Source of the DNA: Candidatus Zapsychrus exili
GTDB taxonomy: Bacteria; Omnitrophota; Gorgyraeia; Zapsychrales; Zapsychraceae
DNA length: 37,481 nucleotides
Reading direction: 5' to 3'
NCBI GenBank assembly: GCA_030765585.1
Contig: JAVCCJ010000075.1
Span: 1 to 37,481, forward strand
Part shown: piece by piece, positions 7,862 to 17,888 of the stretch
Layout of the letters: each line of letters begins with the position of its first letter
How positions within the stretch are numbered: the stretch's first letter is position 1
Program-made: the position numbers and the translations under genes
The notes under the pieces: model-generated
Database searches by the model: none
What the model was told of the DNA's origin: nothing
What the model saw: the letters and a program-made list of their open reading frames with translations, nothing else

Positions 7862-9955
7862 ATGAAAGAAAAAGAAGATGAGATAAAATCAGTTCCAGAT
7901 TATTATGGAGAAAATGTATTTAGTTTAAAGACTATGCGTAATTATCTCTCAGACAAGGCGTATAAAACTTTAAGCGCCACTATAAGAGAGGGTGGAGATT
8001 TAGATCCTAAGATTGCAGATGAAGTGGCTGACGCAATGAAAACTTGGGCTGTATCTAAAGGGGCCACACATTTTACTCATTGGTTTCAACCCTTAACTGG
8101 TACGACAGCAGAAAAACATGACTCTTTTATTTCTCCAGATGGAGAAGGTGGAGTTATGTTGAAGTTTTCTGGTAGAGAACTTATACAGGGTGAGCCGGAT
8201 GCATCAAGTTTTCCTTCAGGAGGTTTAAGACCTACTTTTGAAGCTCGTGGATATACAGGATGGGATCCAACTTCGCCTGCTTTTATTAAGGAGGGACCGA
8301 AATGTTCTACGCTTTGCATCCCGACATACTTTGTTGGTTGGAGAGGCGAAGCTTTAGACAAGAAGACTCCATTATTGCGTTCTATGAAAGTTCTTTCTAG
8401 GGAAGTTTGTAGATTGGGAAAGTTGTTTGGTATTAAATCAGAAGGAAAACAAGCTTATGCAACATTAGGTGGAGAACAAGAGTATTTTTTAATTGATAGA
8501 GATTATTATTACCAAAGGATAGATCTTATACAAACAGGTCGCACATTGTTTGGTAAAGAGCCTGCAAAACATCAGCAAATGTCTGATCATTATTTTGGGG
8601 CTATAAAGAGTAGAATAATGGGTTTTATGGAAGACCTAGATAGAGAAATGTGGAGATTAGGTGCTCCTATTAGAACCCGCCATAATGAAGTTGCGCCTGC
8701 TCAGTTTGAAGTAGCTCCTGTTTTTGAAAGTTTAAATTTAGCAGTTGATCATAATATGCTTTGTATGGAAGTATTGCAAAAAGTTGCTGAGAAGCACGGA
8801 CTTGTTTGTCTTCTTCATGAAAAGCCATTTGCAGGCGTAAATGGTTCAGGAAAGCATAATAATTGGTCAGTTGTTGGTCCAGATGGGAAGAACTGGTTAT
8901 CACCTGGAGATAATCCGCATGAGAACGCAAAGTTTTTAATTATGATTTGCGCTGTTATAAAAGCGGTTGATTCGTATGCTGAACTTCTTCGTGCATCTAT
9001 TGCCTCAGCAGGTAACGATCACAGGCTTGGTTCTCATGAAGCACCACCAGCTATTATTTCAATTTTCTTAGGAGATCAGTTAAATGATATTATTGAGCAA
9101 ATTGAAAAAGGTGGGGCAAAGAGTTCGAAGAAAAGTGGAGAGCTTAAGATAGGTGTAGATGTTTTGCCTGATCTTCCTAAAGATGCAACTGATAGAAATA
9201 GAACTTCTCCTTTTGCTTTTACAGGAGCAAAGTTTGAATTTCGTGCAGTTGGTTCAAATGCGTCCTTAGCTGGTCCAAATATTGTATTAAATACAATTGT
9301 GGCTGAGGCTCTTGATGAGATTTGTGCTGAACTTGAAAAAGCTTCGAAGAAAGAATTCAATGTAGCAGTACATAAGTTATTACAAAAAATAATTAAGAAA
9401 CATAAAAGAGTAATATTCAATGGTGATAATTATACTGATGCTTGGGCGAAAGAAGCGAAATCAAGAGGTTTACCAAATCTTAAGACAACGCCAGAAGCTT
9501 TAGAAGCTTTAAAGGATTCTAAAGTTCTTAGTCTTTTTGAAAAGCATGCTGTTTTAACTAAAACAGAGCTCATGTCTCGTTATGAAGTTTATAAAGAGGT
9601 ATATGACACAACTATTGATTATGAAGCAAAACTTGCTGCTGATATGGTTAAGACAAGCATACTTCCTGTCGCTATTAATTATCAGGAAGAACTTGCTAAC
9701 GCGATAGGATCAGTTGAAGCTACTAATAAAGTAAAATCAACGTCTTCTCGTAAACTTCTTCGCAAGATAACAAGTTTAGTTGAAGAAGCTATAGAGCGTG
9801 TTCATAAATTAGATACAGCTATAGAAAAAGGAGCATCGCTTAAGTCGAAAGCAGCTATGGTTGATTTAAGAAAAACAATTGATGCTCTTGAAGGTTTAGT
9901 GCCAGCCGATATGTGGCCACTTCCTTCATATGCAGAGATGTTGTTTATATTATAA
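7862..9955 (+). CDS. glnA: Glutamine synthetase type III
   Basis: 697 aa; ATHFTHWFQPLTGTTAEKHDSF, GEPDASSFPSGGLRPTFEARGY, HEKPFAGVNGSGKHNNWS, DRNRTSPFAFTG, WPLPSYAEMLF. Confidence 0.96.
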   Translation: MKEKEDEIKSVPDYYGENVFSLKTMRNYLSDKAYKTLSATIREGGDLDPKIADEVADAMKTWAVSKGATHFTHWFQPLTGTTAEKHDSFISPDGEGGVMLKFSGRELIQGEPDASSFPSGGLRPTFEARGYTGWDPTSPAFIKEGPKCSTLCIPTYFVGWRGEALDKKTPLLRSMKVLSREVCRLGKLFGIKSEGKQAYATLGGEQEYFLIDRDYYYQRIDLIQTGRTLFGKEPAKHQQMSDHYFGAIKSRIMGFMEDLDREMWRLGAPIRTRHNEVAPAQFEVAPVFESLNLAVDHNMLCMEVLQKVAEKHGLVCLLHEKPFAGVNGSGKHNNWSVVGPDGKNWLSPGDNPHENAKFLIMICAVIKAVDSYAELLRASIASAGNDHRLGSHEAPPAIISIFLGDQLNDIIEQIEKGGAKSSKKSGELKIGVDVLPDLPKDATDRNRTSPFAFTGAKFEFRAVGSNASLAGPNIVLNTIVAEALDEICAELEKASKKEFNVAVHKLLQKIIKKHKRVIFNGDNYTDAWAKEAKSRGLPNLKTTPEALEALKDSKVLSLFEKHAVLTKTELMSRYEVYKEVYDTTIDYEAKLAADMVKTSILPVAINYQEELANAIGSVEATNKVKSTSSRKLLRKITSLVEEAIERVHKLDTAIEKGASLKSKAAMVDLRKTIDALEGLVPADMWPLPSYAEMLFIL

Positions 9956-9970
9956 AAACAGTATTTATCT

Positions 9971-10003
9971 TTTAGCGGGTGGTGGTTTAAGCTGCCCGCT
10001 AAA
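9971..10003 (+). terminator. Stem-loop between glnA and nadE (weak terminator or mRNA stabiliser)
   Basis: TTTAGCGGGTGGT / GCTGCCCGCTAAA inverted repeat; poor U-tract. Confidence 0.5.
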
Positions 10004-10029
10004 TATTATTCGTCAATCAATATTAAAAT

Positions 10030-11670
10030 ATGAGAGTCGCTTTAGCACAAATTAATCCAACAGTCGGAGATTTATCTGGCAATAAGCAAAAGGTCATTAG
10101 TTTTATAAAAAAAGCTAAGAGCTTTGATGCAGATATTGTTGTGTTTCCTGAGCTTGTGATATCTGGATATCCGCCGCAGGATCTTATGTATAAAGAACAT
10201 TTTATTAAGAATAATATTAAGACTCTTAATTCGATAGTTAAAGGCATCAAGGGCATCACAGCCATAGTTGGTTTTGTTGATACTGACAGACAAAAAAATA
10301 TTTATAATGCTGCAGCTGTTATATCTGACGGGAAATTAAAAGGAGTTTATCATAAGCAAGAGCTTCCTAATTATGGTGTATTCGATGAGAAAAGATATTT
10401 TAAAAAAGGTGGAAAGGCTAAAAGTTTTTCTTTAAAAGGCGTAAAATTTGGATTAAGTATTTGTGAAGACATTTGGATTGATAATGGGCCATGTAAGCTT
10501 CAAGCGAAATCAGGTGCAAAAGTTATTTTCAATATATCAAGTTCTCCTTATGACCTTGGCAAGTTAAAAGAAAGGGAAAGCCTTTTAAAGAAACGCGCTA
10601 AGGAAACTAGAACGTTTATTTGTTATACGAATTTAGTTGGTGGACAGGATGAACTTGTTTTTGATGGAGGAAGCATTATTGTTGATCCTGGCGGTAACAT
10701 TGTCGCATCTGGAAAGTTATTTGAAGAAGATTTAGTTGTCTATGATTTGCCATTGTTAGATGTAAAAAAGAAAAAAGATTTATGCTCATCAAATACAAAA
10801 CATTTATTTAAGAAGATTAATAAAACAGAACGTATTTACAAGGCATTGGTTTTAGGGACTAGGGATTATATAAAAAAGAATGGTTTTGAAAAGGTTGTTA
10901 TTGGGCTAAGTGGAGGAATAGATTCAGCTCTTGTTGCTACAATAGCAGCTGATGCAATAGGGAGCGCAAATGTTATTGGAATTTCAATGCCATCGAGATA
11001 TACGTCAAAATCTACAAAATCTGATGCTAGTAAGTTTGCTAAGAATCTTGGAATTGATTTTAAAGAGATAGCGATCGAAGATACATTTAAAGTGTATTTG
11101 AAGACTTTAGCTTGTGATTTTAAAGGCAAGAAATCGGATATTACTGAGGAGAATATTCAGGCTCGTATTCGTGGCAATATATTGATGGCGCTATCTAATA
11201 AGTTCGGGTGGATAGTTTTAACAACAGGTAACAAAAGCGAGACTGCTGTTGGATATTGCACATTGTATGGAGATATGTCTGGAGGTTTTGCTGTAATTAA
11301 AGATTTGCTTAAAACAAAAGTATATGAATTGGCAAAAATGAGAAATGCAATAGTAGGTACAGATATCATTCTTAAGTCAATTATAGAGCGTGCGCCAACA
11401 GCTGAATTGAGGAATAATCAGAAAGATCAAGATACTTTGCCGCCTTATGATGTTTTAGATGATATATTAGTTGAATATATAGAAAAGCATAAATCAGTTT
11501 TGCAAATTACAAAGAATAAATATAGTAGATCGATGGTTGAGGACGTTATAAGCAAAGTAGATAGAAGCGAGTATAAGAGAAGGCAGGCTCCACCTGGAAT
11601 TAAAATAACGCAGCGCTCATTTGACAAAGATTGGCGACTTCCTATTACAAATAAATATAAAGGATTTTAG
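10030..11670 (+). CDS. nadE: Glutamine-dependent NAD+ synthetase
   Basis: Nitrilase domain (VFPEL, LPNYGVFDEKRYF, ICEDIW) plus synthetase domain (GLSGGIDSA, ENIQARIRG, TTGNKSE, EYKRRQAPPG). Confidence 0.96.
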   Translation: MRVALAQINPTVGDLSGNKQKVISFIKKAKSFDADIVVFPELVISGYPPQDLMYKEHFIKNNIKTLNSIVKGIKGITAIVGFVDTDRQKNIYNAAAVISDGKLKGVYHKQELPNYGVFDEKRYFKKGGKAKSFSLKGVKFGLSICEDIWIDNGPCKLQAKSGAKVIFNISSSPYDLGKLKERESLLKKRAKETRTFICYTNLVGGQDELVFDGGSIIVDPGGNIVASGKLFEEDLVVYDLPLLDVKKKKDLCSSNTKHLFKKINKTERIYKALVLGTRDYIKKNGFEKVVIGLSGGIDSALVATIAADAIGSANVIGISMPSRYTSKSTKSDASKFAKNLGIDFKEIAIEDTFKVYLKTLACDFKGKKSDITEENIQARIRGNILMALSNKFGWIVLTTGNKSETAVGYCTLYGDMSGGFAVIKDLLKTKVYELAKMRNAIVGTDIILKSIIERAPTAELRNNQKDQDTLPPYDVLDDILVEYIEKHKSVLQITKNKYSRSMVEDVISKVDRSEYKRRQAPPGIKITQRSFDKDWRLPITNKYKGF

Positions 11671-11708
11671 AAGTAAGGTAAGAGGTAAAGGGTGAAAGGC
11701 AAAAGTAT

Positions 11709-11826
11709 TGTCATTCCGGTTTTTTGCTTGCAAAAAGACCGGAATTTCCTTAATAAAAATATTAGACTCCTACTCGTAAAGGGACGTGGTCCCAACGGGA
11801 TTTTACGTGCCTTTGTAGGAATGATA
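11709..11826. repeat. REP/REPIN-like palindromic element of the GTCATTCC...GGAATGA type
   Basis: Terminal inverted repeat TGTCATTCC / GGAATGATA enclosing two hairpins (11713-11745 and 11768-11820). Confidence 0.55.
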
Positions 11827-11840
11827 GCAAAGAAAATAAA

Positions 11841-14800
11841 ATGAACATGTATCCAAAAAAACAAGGACTTTATGATCCAGCTTTTGAGCATGACGCTTGT
11901 GGAGTTGGACTTGTAACCAATATTGATGGCAAGAAATCGAATGATATCGTCTTAAAAGGAATAGAGGTTTTAAATAATTTGCTTCATCGTGGTGCATTGG
12001 CAGGAGACGAGAAAACGGGTGATGGGGCTGGCATTCTTGTGCAAATTCCAGATGCTTTTTTAAGGCGCGAGTGCGGTTCTCTTGGGATTACTTTACCTCC
12101 ATTAGAGAATTATGGTGTGGGTATGATATTTCTTCCTCAAGATAAGAAAGAAAGAAACAAATGCAAAAAGCTTATTGAACAGGTTATTTCAGAGGAAGGA
12201 TTGTTTTGTTTAGGATGGCGCGATGTACCTGCTGATTCAACAGATCTTGGTCAAAAAGCAAAACAGGAGCAGCCTTTTATTGCGCAATGTTTTATTGATG
12301 GTAAAACTTTTGTTGATATTGATTTAGAAAGAAAACTATATGTCATTAGGAAGGTAATTGAAAATCGAGTTAAAGATTCTATAAAGGACCAAGATAGTTT
12401 TTATGTTGTAAGTTTATCGTCGAGAACTATTATCTATAAAGGACTTTTGACCGGGTCGCAGATGATAAGTTTTTATAAAGATTTAAATGATAAAGAATTT
12501 GTTAGCGCTCTAGCTGTTATACATCAACGTTATAGTACAAACACCTTTCCCTCTTGGAAACTTGCTCAGCCATTTAGATATCTTGCCCATAACGGTGAAA
12601 TAAATACGTTACGAGGTAACATAAATCAGATGAAGTCGCGAGAAAAATTGTTAAAATCTGATATTTTTGGAGATGACATAAAAAAACTTTTACCCGTTAT
12701 TGATATATCTGGTAGCGATTCTGCATGTTTAGATAATATGCTAGAACTTTTGGTTGCTTGTGGTAGAGATTTGTCTCATGCGATGATGATGCTTATCCCA
12801 CAGGCCTGGGGATTAAAATATCCAATTGGTCCTGATTTACGAGGTTTTTATGAGTATCATGCTGGGCTGATGGAGCCATGGGATGGTCCTGCTGCTATTG
12901 CATTTACTAATGGAAAACAACTTGGAGCTTTATTGGATCGAAACGGTTTAAGACCAGCTCGATATACAATAACAAAAGATGGTTTTATGGTTCTCGCGTC
13001 AGAGGCTGGTGTTTTAGAGTTCAAGCCAGAGGATATAGTTGAAAAAGGAACGCTAAAGCCAGGAGAGATTATTTTAGTAGACTTAGATAAAAAACGTTTA
13101 ATTAAAAATGGCGAAATTAAAACGTTTTATTCTAGGAGACATCCTTATCGTCGTTGGGTCCAAGAAAATAAATTTGAGCTTAGAGGGCTTTTTAAAGATG
13201 TAGACCCTATGTCGGCTGATTTTCAAAGTTTGCTAAAGCGCCAATCGCTTTTTGGATATACGCGAGAAGATTTAAAAATGATTATAAATCCTATGGCGGC
13301 ACGAGGCTATGAGCCAGTAGGTTCTATGGGAACTGATACTCCTCTTGCAATCTTTTCAGAGAAGCCACAGTTGCTTTATAATTATTTTAAGCAACTTTTT
13401 GCGCAGATCACTAATCCTGCGATTGATCCAATAAGAGAAGAATTGGTTATGTCGCTTATGACTTTTTTAGGGAACGTAGGCAACATACTCACTGAAATTC
13501 CTCAGCATGCTAAGTTGATTAAATTTAGACATCCTATTCTTTCTAATAATGATTTAGATAGAGTGTGTTCTCTTAAAATGAAAGAATTTTGTACTACTAC
13601 TTTGAAAATGTGTTTTGAGTATGAAGGTTCTGGCAATGATTTAGAGAAAGCTTTGCAGAAATTATGTAATGATGCCGAAGCGTCGGTTGTTAAAGGCTGT
13701 TCTATTATTATTTTAAGCGATAGAGACTTAGAAGAAGGTATGACGCCAATTCCAGCATTGCTCGCTGTATCAGCTGTTAATCAACATCTTGTAAGAAAGA
13801 GTATGAAAACAGTTGTTGGTATTGTTGTTGAAACTGGCGAGGCGCGTGAAGTACAACATATGGCGCTTTTGTTAGGTTTTGGAGCAGCTGCAGTGAATCC
13901 TTATCTTGCGCTTGAGACAGTAGCTAATATGTCTGCTCGAAAAATGTTTGATCAAGATGTTGGCATTGCAAAAGCTTTAGAAAATTATATTAATTCTTTG
14001 CGTAAGGGTCTTTTAAAGGTTTTGTCTAAGATGGGAATTTCAACCTTAAGAAGTTATAGAGGGGCTCAAATATTTGAAGTAATAGGAATTAGTTCAGATG
14101 TTATTGATCAATATTTTACTGGAACGTCCTCTAGGATTGGTGGTATTGGGTTAGATGAAATAGCTAAAGAAGCTAACGCACGTTATAAAAGAGCATATTG
14201 TCAGTCGCCGAATGAAGATAAAGTTTTGACTGAAGGTGGTCATTACAGATCTAGGAAAGATGGAGAGAGACATTTGTGGACCGCCGAGTCTGTTAGTAAA
14301 TTACAGTTTGCTGCTAAATCTAATAATTATAAGATTTATAAAGAATATACTTCTTTAATTGATGATCAGTCAAAAAATACTAGCACTATTAGAGGAATGT
14401 TTAAGTTCAAAAAGACAAAGCCTATTTCTATAGATGAAGTTGAGCCTGTTTCTTCTATAGTTAAGCGTTTTGCAACATCTGCGATGTCTTTTGGATCAGT
14501 TAGTCGGGAAATTCATGAAACTTTAGCAATTGCAATGAATAGACTTGGCGCGATGAGCAATAGCGGTGAAGGAGGAGAAGACCCAGAAAGATATAAGTTG
14601 ATGCCTAACGGTGATAATAAATCAAGCGCTGTTAAGCAAGTTGCAAGTGGACGTTTTGGAGTAACTACTGAATATCTTACTAATGCTCGAGAAATTCAGA
14701 TTAAAATAGCGCAAGGAGCAAAACCTGGAGAAGGCGGTCAGCTTCCTGGTCATAAAGTTAATGAAGAAATAGCAAGAGTTCGTCATTCAACTCCAGGAGT

Positions 14801-16373
14801 AACATTAATTTCACCACCACCACATCATGATATTTATTCTATAGAAGATATTAAGCAGCTTATTTTTGATTTGAGAAATGTTAATCCTCAGGCTCGTGTA
14901 TCAGTTAAACTTGTTTCAGAAGCGGGAATTGGAACAATTGCAGCCGGTGTTGCTAAAGCAAAAGCTGATATGGTTTTAATTAGCGGATACGATGGAGGGA
15001 CAGGAGCATCTCCTTTATCATCTTTAAAACATGCAGGTGCTCCATGGGAATTAGGTCTTGCCGAAACTCAACAGACTCTTGTTTTAAATGCTCTTAGAAG
15101 CAGCATACGTATTCAATCTGATGGGCAAATGAAAACAGGACGAGATATTATTATCGCTGCTTTGCTTGGAGCTGAGGAGTTTGGTTTTGCGACAGTTCCT
15201 CTAGTTGTTTGTGGTTGTATTATGATGCGCAAGTGTCATTTAAATACATGTCCTATTGGAATTGCAACTCAAGATCCTGAGCTACGTAAACGATTTGTCG
15301 GTAAACCTGAACATGTGGTTAATTTCTTTAACATGATAGCAGGGGAAATAAGAGAGTATATGGCAGAGCTTGGTATTAAGAAAATGGATGACATGATTGG
15401 TAGAAGTGATCTTTTAGAAATGAATGATGCTATTGATTTCTGGAAGTCAAAAGGATTGGATTTGTCTAATATTCTTGCGCGCCCCTATGACGGGAAAGAC
15501 GTTGCAATGAGATGTTTTAAGGGGCAGAAACATAATATGGAAAAGCTGCTAGATGTTGAGCTTATTGATAAGGCCAAAGAAGCGTTAGAATCTAAAAAAC
15601 CTGTAAAGATTGATTTGCCTATAAAAAATACAAATTTAACTACAGGAGCGATGTTATCAGGAGAGATTACAAAACGTTATGGTCGCGAAGGCCTTTGTGA
15701 AGATACGATTGTGTGCGCATTCAAAGGGTCTGCTGGTCAGAGTTTTGGAGCTTTTGCTACTTATGGACTAACTCTTGTACTTGAAGGTGAAGCTAATGAT
15801 TATTTAGGAAAAGGTATGTGTGGAGGTAAAATTATTGTAAAGCTGCCGAAAGGCTCAACGCTTGATGCGTCTAAAAATACTATTTGCGGAAATGTTCTTT
15901 TGTATGGAGCAACTTTCGGAGAGGTCTACATTAATGGTTTAGTTGGAGAACGTTTTGCTATAAGAAACAGTGGAGTTAATGTTGTAGTGGAGGGCGCTGG
16001 AGATCATAGCTGTGAATATATGACAGGAGGACGTGTTGTTATTTTAGGTGATACTGGGGTAAATTTTGCTGCAGGTATGAGCGGAGGTATAGCCTATGTT
16101 TATGACCCTAATAGCAAGTTTGATGGAAGATGTAACCTTGATATGGTTGATTTAGAAATTGTTTCCGAAGACGAGGATATTGTTGAGCTTCGTACTATGA
16201 TAGAAAAACATTTTCAGAATACAGGCAGTTTAAAGGCTCGTGATATATTGGATAATTGGGAAAGTTGTTTGCCTTCGTTTGTTAAGGTTTTTCCTATGGA
16301 ATATCGTAAAGTTTTAGGAAAAATGACTAAAGAAGACGAGAACACAGAAAGAAAAGAAGTTTTATTTAAATAA
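11841..16373 (+). CDS. gltB: Glutamate synthase large subunit
   Basis: 1510 aa; HDACGVG, HQRYSTNTFPSW, MEPWDGPA, AQGAKPGEGGQLPG, CIMMRKCHLNTCP, CEYMTGG. Confidence 0.97.
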   Translation: MNMYPKKQGLYDPAFEHDACGVGLVTNIDGKKSNDIVLKGIEVLNNLLHRGALAGDEKTGDGAGILVQIPDAFLRRECGSLGITLPPLENYGVGMIFLPQDKKERNKCKKLIEQVISEEGLFCLGWRDVPADSTDLGQKAKQEQPFIAQCFIDGKTFVDIDLERKLYVIRKVIENRVKDSIKDQDSFYVVSLSSRTIIYKGLLTGSQMISFYKDLNDKEFVSALAVIHQRYSTNTFPSWKLAQPFRYLAHNGEINTLRGNINQMKSREKLLKSDIFGDDIKKLLPVIDISGSDSACLDNMLELLVACGRDLSHAMMMLIPQAWGLKYPIGPDLRGFYEYHAGLMEPWDGPAAIAFTNGKQLGALLDRNGLRPARYTITKDGFMVLASEAGVLEFKPEDIVEKGTLKPGEIILVDLDKKRLIKNGEIKTFYSRRHPYRRWVQENKFELRGLFKDVDPMSADFQSLLKRQSLFGYTREDLKMIINPMAARGYEPVGSMGTDTPLAIFSEKPQLLYNYFKQLFAQITNPAIDPIREELVMSLMTFLGNVGNILTEIPQHAKLIKFRHPILSNNDLDRVCSLKMKEFCTTTLKMCFEYEGSGNDLEKALQKLCNDAEASVVKGCSIIILSDRDLEEGMTPIPALLAVSAVNQHLVRKSMKTVVGIVVETGEAREVQHMALLLGFGAAAVNPYLALETVANMSARKMFDQDVGIAKALENYINSLRKGLLKVLSKMGISTLRSYRGAQIFEVIGISSDVIDQYFTGTSSRIGGIGLDEIAKEANARYKRAYCQSPNEDKVLTEGGHYRSRKDGERHLWTAESVSKLQFAAKSNNYKIYKEYTSLIDDQSKNTSTIRGMFKFKKTKPISIDEVEPVSSIVKRFATSAMSFGSVSREIHETLAIAMNRLGAMSNSGEGGEDPERYKLMPNGDNKSSAVKQVASGRFGVTTEYLTNAREIQIKIAQGAKPGEGGQLPGHKVNEEIARVRHSTPGVTLISPPPHHDIYSIEDIKQLIFDLRNVNPQARVSVKLVSEAGIGTIAAGVAKAKADMVLISGYDGGTGASPLSSLKHAGAPWELGLAETQQTLVLNALRSSIRIQSDGQMKTGRDIIIAALLGAEEFGFATVPLVVCGCIMMRKCHLNTCPIGIATQDPELRKRFVGKPEHVVNFFNMIAGEIREYMAELGIKKMDDMIGRSDLLEMNDAIDFWKSKGLDLSNILARPYDGKDVAMRCFKGQKHNMEKLLDVELIDKAKEALESKKPVKIDLPIKNTNLTTGAMLSGEITKRYGREGLCEDTIVCAFKGSAGQSFGAFATYGLTLVLEGEANDYLGKGMCGGKIIVKLPKGSTLDASKNTICGNVLLYGATFGEVYINGLVGERFAIRNSGVNVVVEGAGDHSCEYMTGGRVVILGDTGVNFAAGMSGGIAYVYDPNSKFDGRCNLDMVDLEIVSEDEDIVELRTMIEKHFQNTGSLKARDILDNWESCLPSFVKVFPMEYRKVLGKMTKEDENTERKEVLFK

Positions 16374-16401
16374 GATCAAAGGTAGGGGTAAATAAGAAAA
16401 G

Positions 16402-17829
16402 ATGGGCGATATAAAAGGTTTCATGAAATATGAAAGACAGGATTTACAAAAAGAGCCTGTTGAGGTGCGCTTAAAACATTGGAAAGAGTTTACAAAAGAT
16501 CTTTCTGAAGAAGAGCTAAAAAATCAAAGTGCTCGCTGCATGGATTGTGGCATACCTTTTTGTCATTGGAAATGTCCTGTTACGAACATCATTCCAGATT
16601 TTAATGATTTTGTTTATCAGGGAAGATGGAAAGAGGCTGTTAAGCGATTGCTTGAAACAAACAATTTTCCTGAGTTTACAGGTAGGGTTTGTCCTGCGCC
16701 TTGCGAGAATTCCTGTGTTTTAGCTATAAACCAGCCGGCTGTTACAATAAAAAATATTGAGCTCGCAATTATTGAGAAGGCATATCGAGAGGGATGGATT
16801 AAACCAAATCCTCCAAAAGCACTTAGCGGCAAGAAAGTGTCAGTTGTTGGCTCTGGTCCTGCTGGGCTTGCCTGTGCTGATCAGCTTAGGAAATTTGGGC
16901 ATAAGGTTACTGTTTATGAAAAAAATGAAGATGTTGGCGGGATTTTAACTTTGGGTATACCTGATTATAAGCTAGAAAAACGAGTGGTTGAAAGACGGAT
17001 AGAGCTTATGTGTCAAGAAGGAGTTGTTTTTAGAACAGGAGCTCATGTAGGTGTTGATATTAAACTAGAGTATCTTCGAAAGAGAGATGATGCTGTAGTT
17101 TTGACAGGTGGAGCAGAAAATGCAAGAGGATTAAATGTTCAAGGAAAAGAGCTTAAAGGAATATATCAGGCGATGGAATATCTTACTCAGCAAAATAGGG
17201 TGAATAAAGGAAATAAGATAGACGCAAAGACTCACATTGTTGCAAAAGGAAAAGATGTTATTGTTTTAGGCGGTGGAGACACTGGTTCTGATTGTGTGGG
17301 TACGGCTAATAGGCAGGGGGCAAAGTCTGTTAAACAATTTGAAATTATGCCTAAGCCTCCAGAGACAAGAGCGGATGATAATCCTTGGCCAGAGTGGGCA
17401 AATATATATAGAGAAAGCACATCTCATCAAGAAGGCGTTGAACAAGAATATTGCGTTATGACAAAAGCTTTAACTGGAGACAATGGAAAGCTTAAGAAAC
17501 TTCATGCAGTGCGTTTAGAGTATGGCGAAAAAGATCCAGAAACTGGACGTCGCGGTTTTAAAGAAATACCAGGTTCAGAGTTTGAGGTTGATTGTGATTT
17601 AGTATTTCTTGCGATGGGATTTTTAGGACCAGTTAAAGATGGTATGATAGAAGAGTTGGGATTAGAACTAACAGAACGTGGTAATGTAAGAACAGATGAT
17701 GATTATAAAACGAGCGTAGAAGGTATTTTTTCTGCTGGAGATATGCGAACAGGACAATCTTTAGTTGTCAAAGCCATTGATGAAGGACGATCCGCGGCAG
17801 AGAGTGTTAATAATTGGCTAATGAAATAA
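16402..17829 (+). CDS. gltD: Glutamate synthase small subunit
   Basis: RCMDCGIPFC, NNFPEFTGRVCPAPCE, GSGPAGLA, GGGDTGSDC, GDMRTGQSLVV; follows gltB. Confidence 0.96.
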   Translation: MGDIKGFMKYERQDLQKEPVEVRLKHWKEFTKDLSEEELKNQSARCMDCGIPFCHWKCPVTNIIPDFNDFVYQGRWKEAVKRLLETNNFPEFTGRVCPAPCENSCVLAINQPAVTIKNIELAIIEKAYREGWIKPNPPKALSGKKVSVVGSGPAGLACADQLRKFGHKVTVYEKNEDVGGILTLGIPDYKLEKRVVERRIELMCQEGVVFRTGAHVGVDIKLEYLRKRDDAVVLTGGAENARGLNVQGKELKGIYQAMEYLTQQNRVNKGNKIDAKTHIVAKGKDVIVLGGGDTGSDCVGTANRQGAKSVKQFEIMPKPPETRADDNPWPEWANIYRESTSHQEGVEQEYCVMTKALTGDNGKLKKLHAVRLEYGEKDPETGRRGFKEIPGSEFEVDCDLVFLAMGFLGPVKDGMIEELGLELTERGNVRTDDDYKTSVEGIFSAGDMRTGQSLVVKAIDEGRSAAESVNNWLMK

Positions 17830-17888
17830 GAAGCAGGGAATGAAAGCAATAAATATAATACAAAACAATCCATTTTAAGAGGAAAAAT

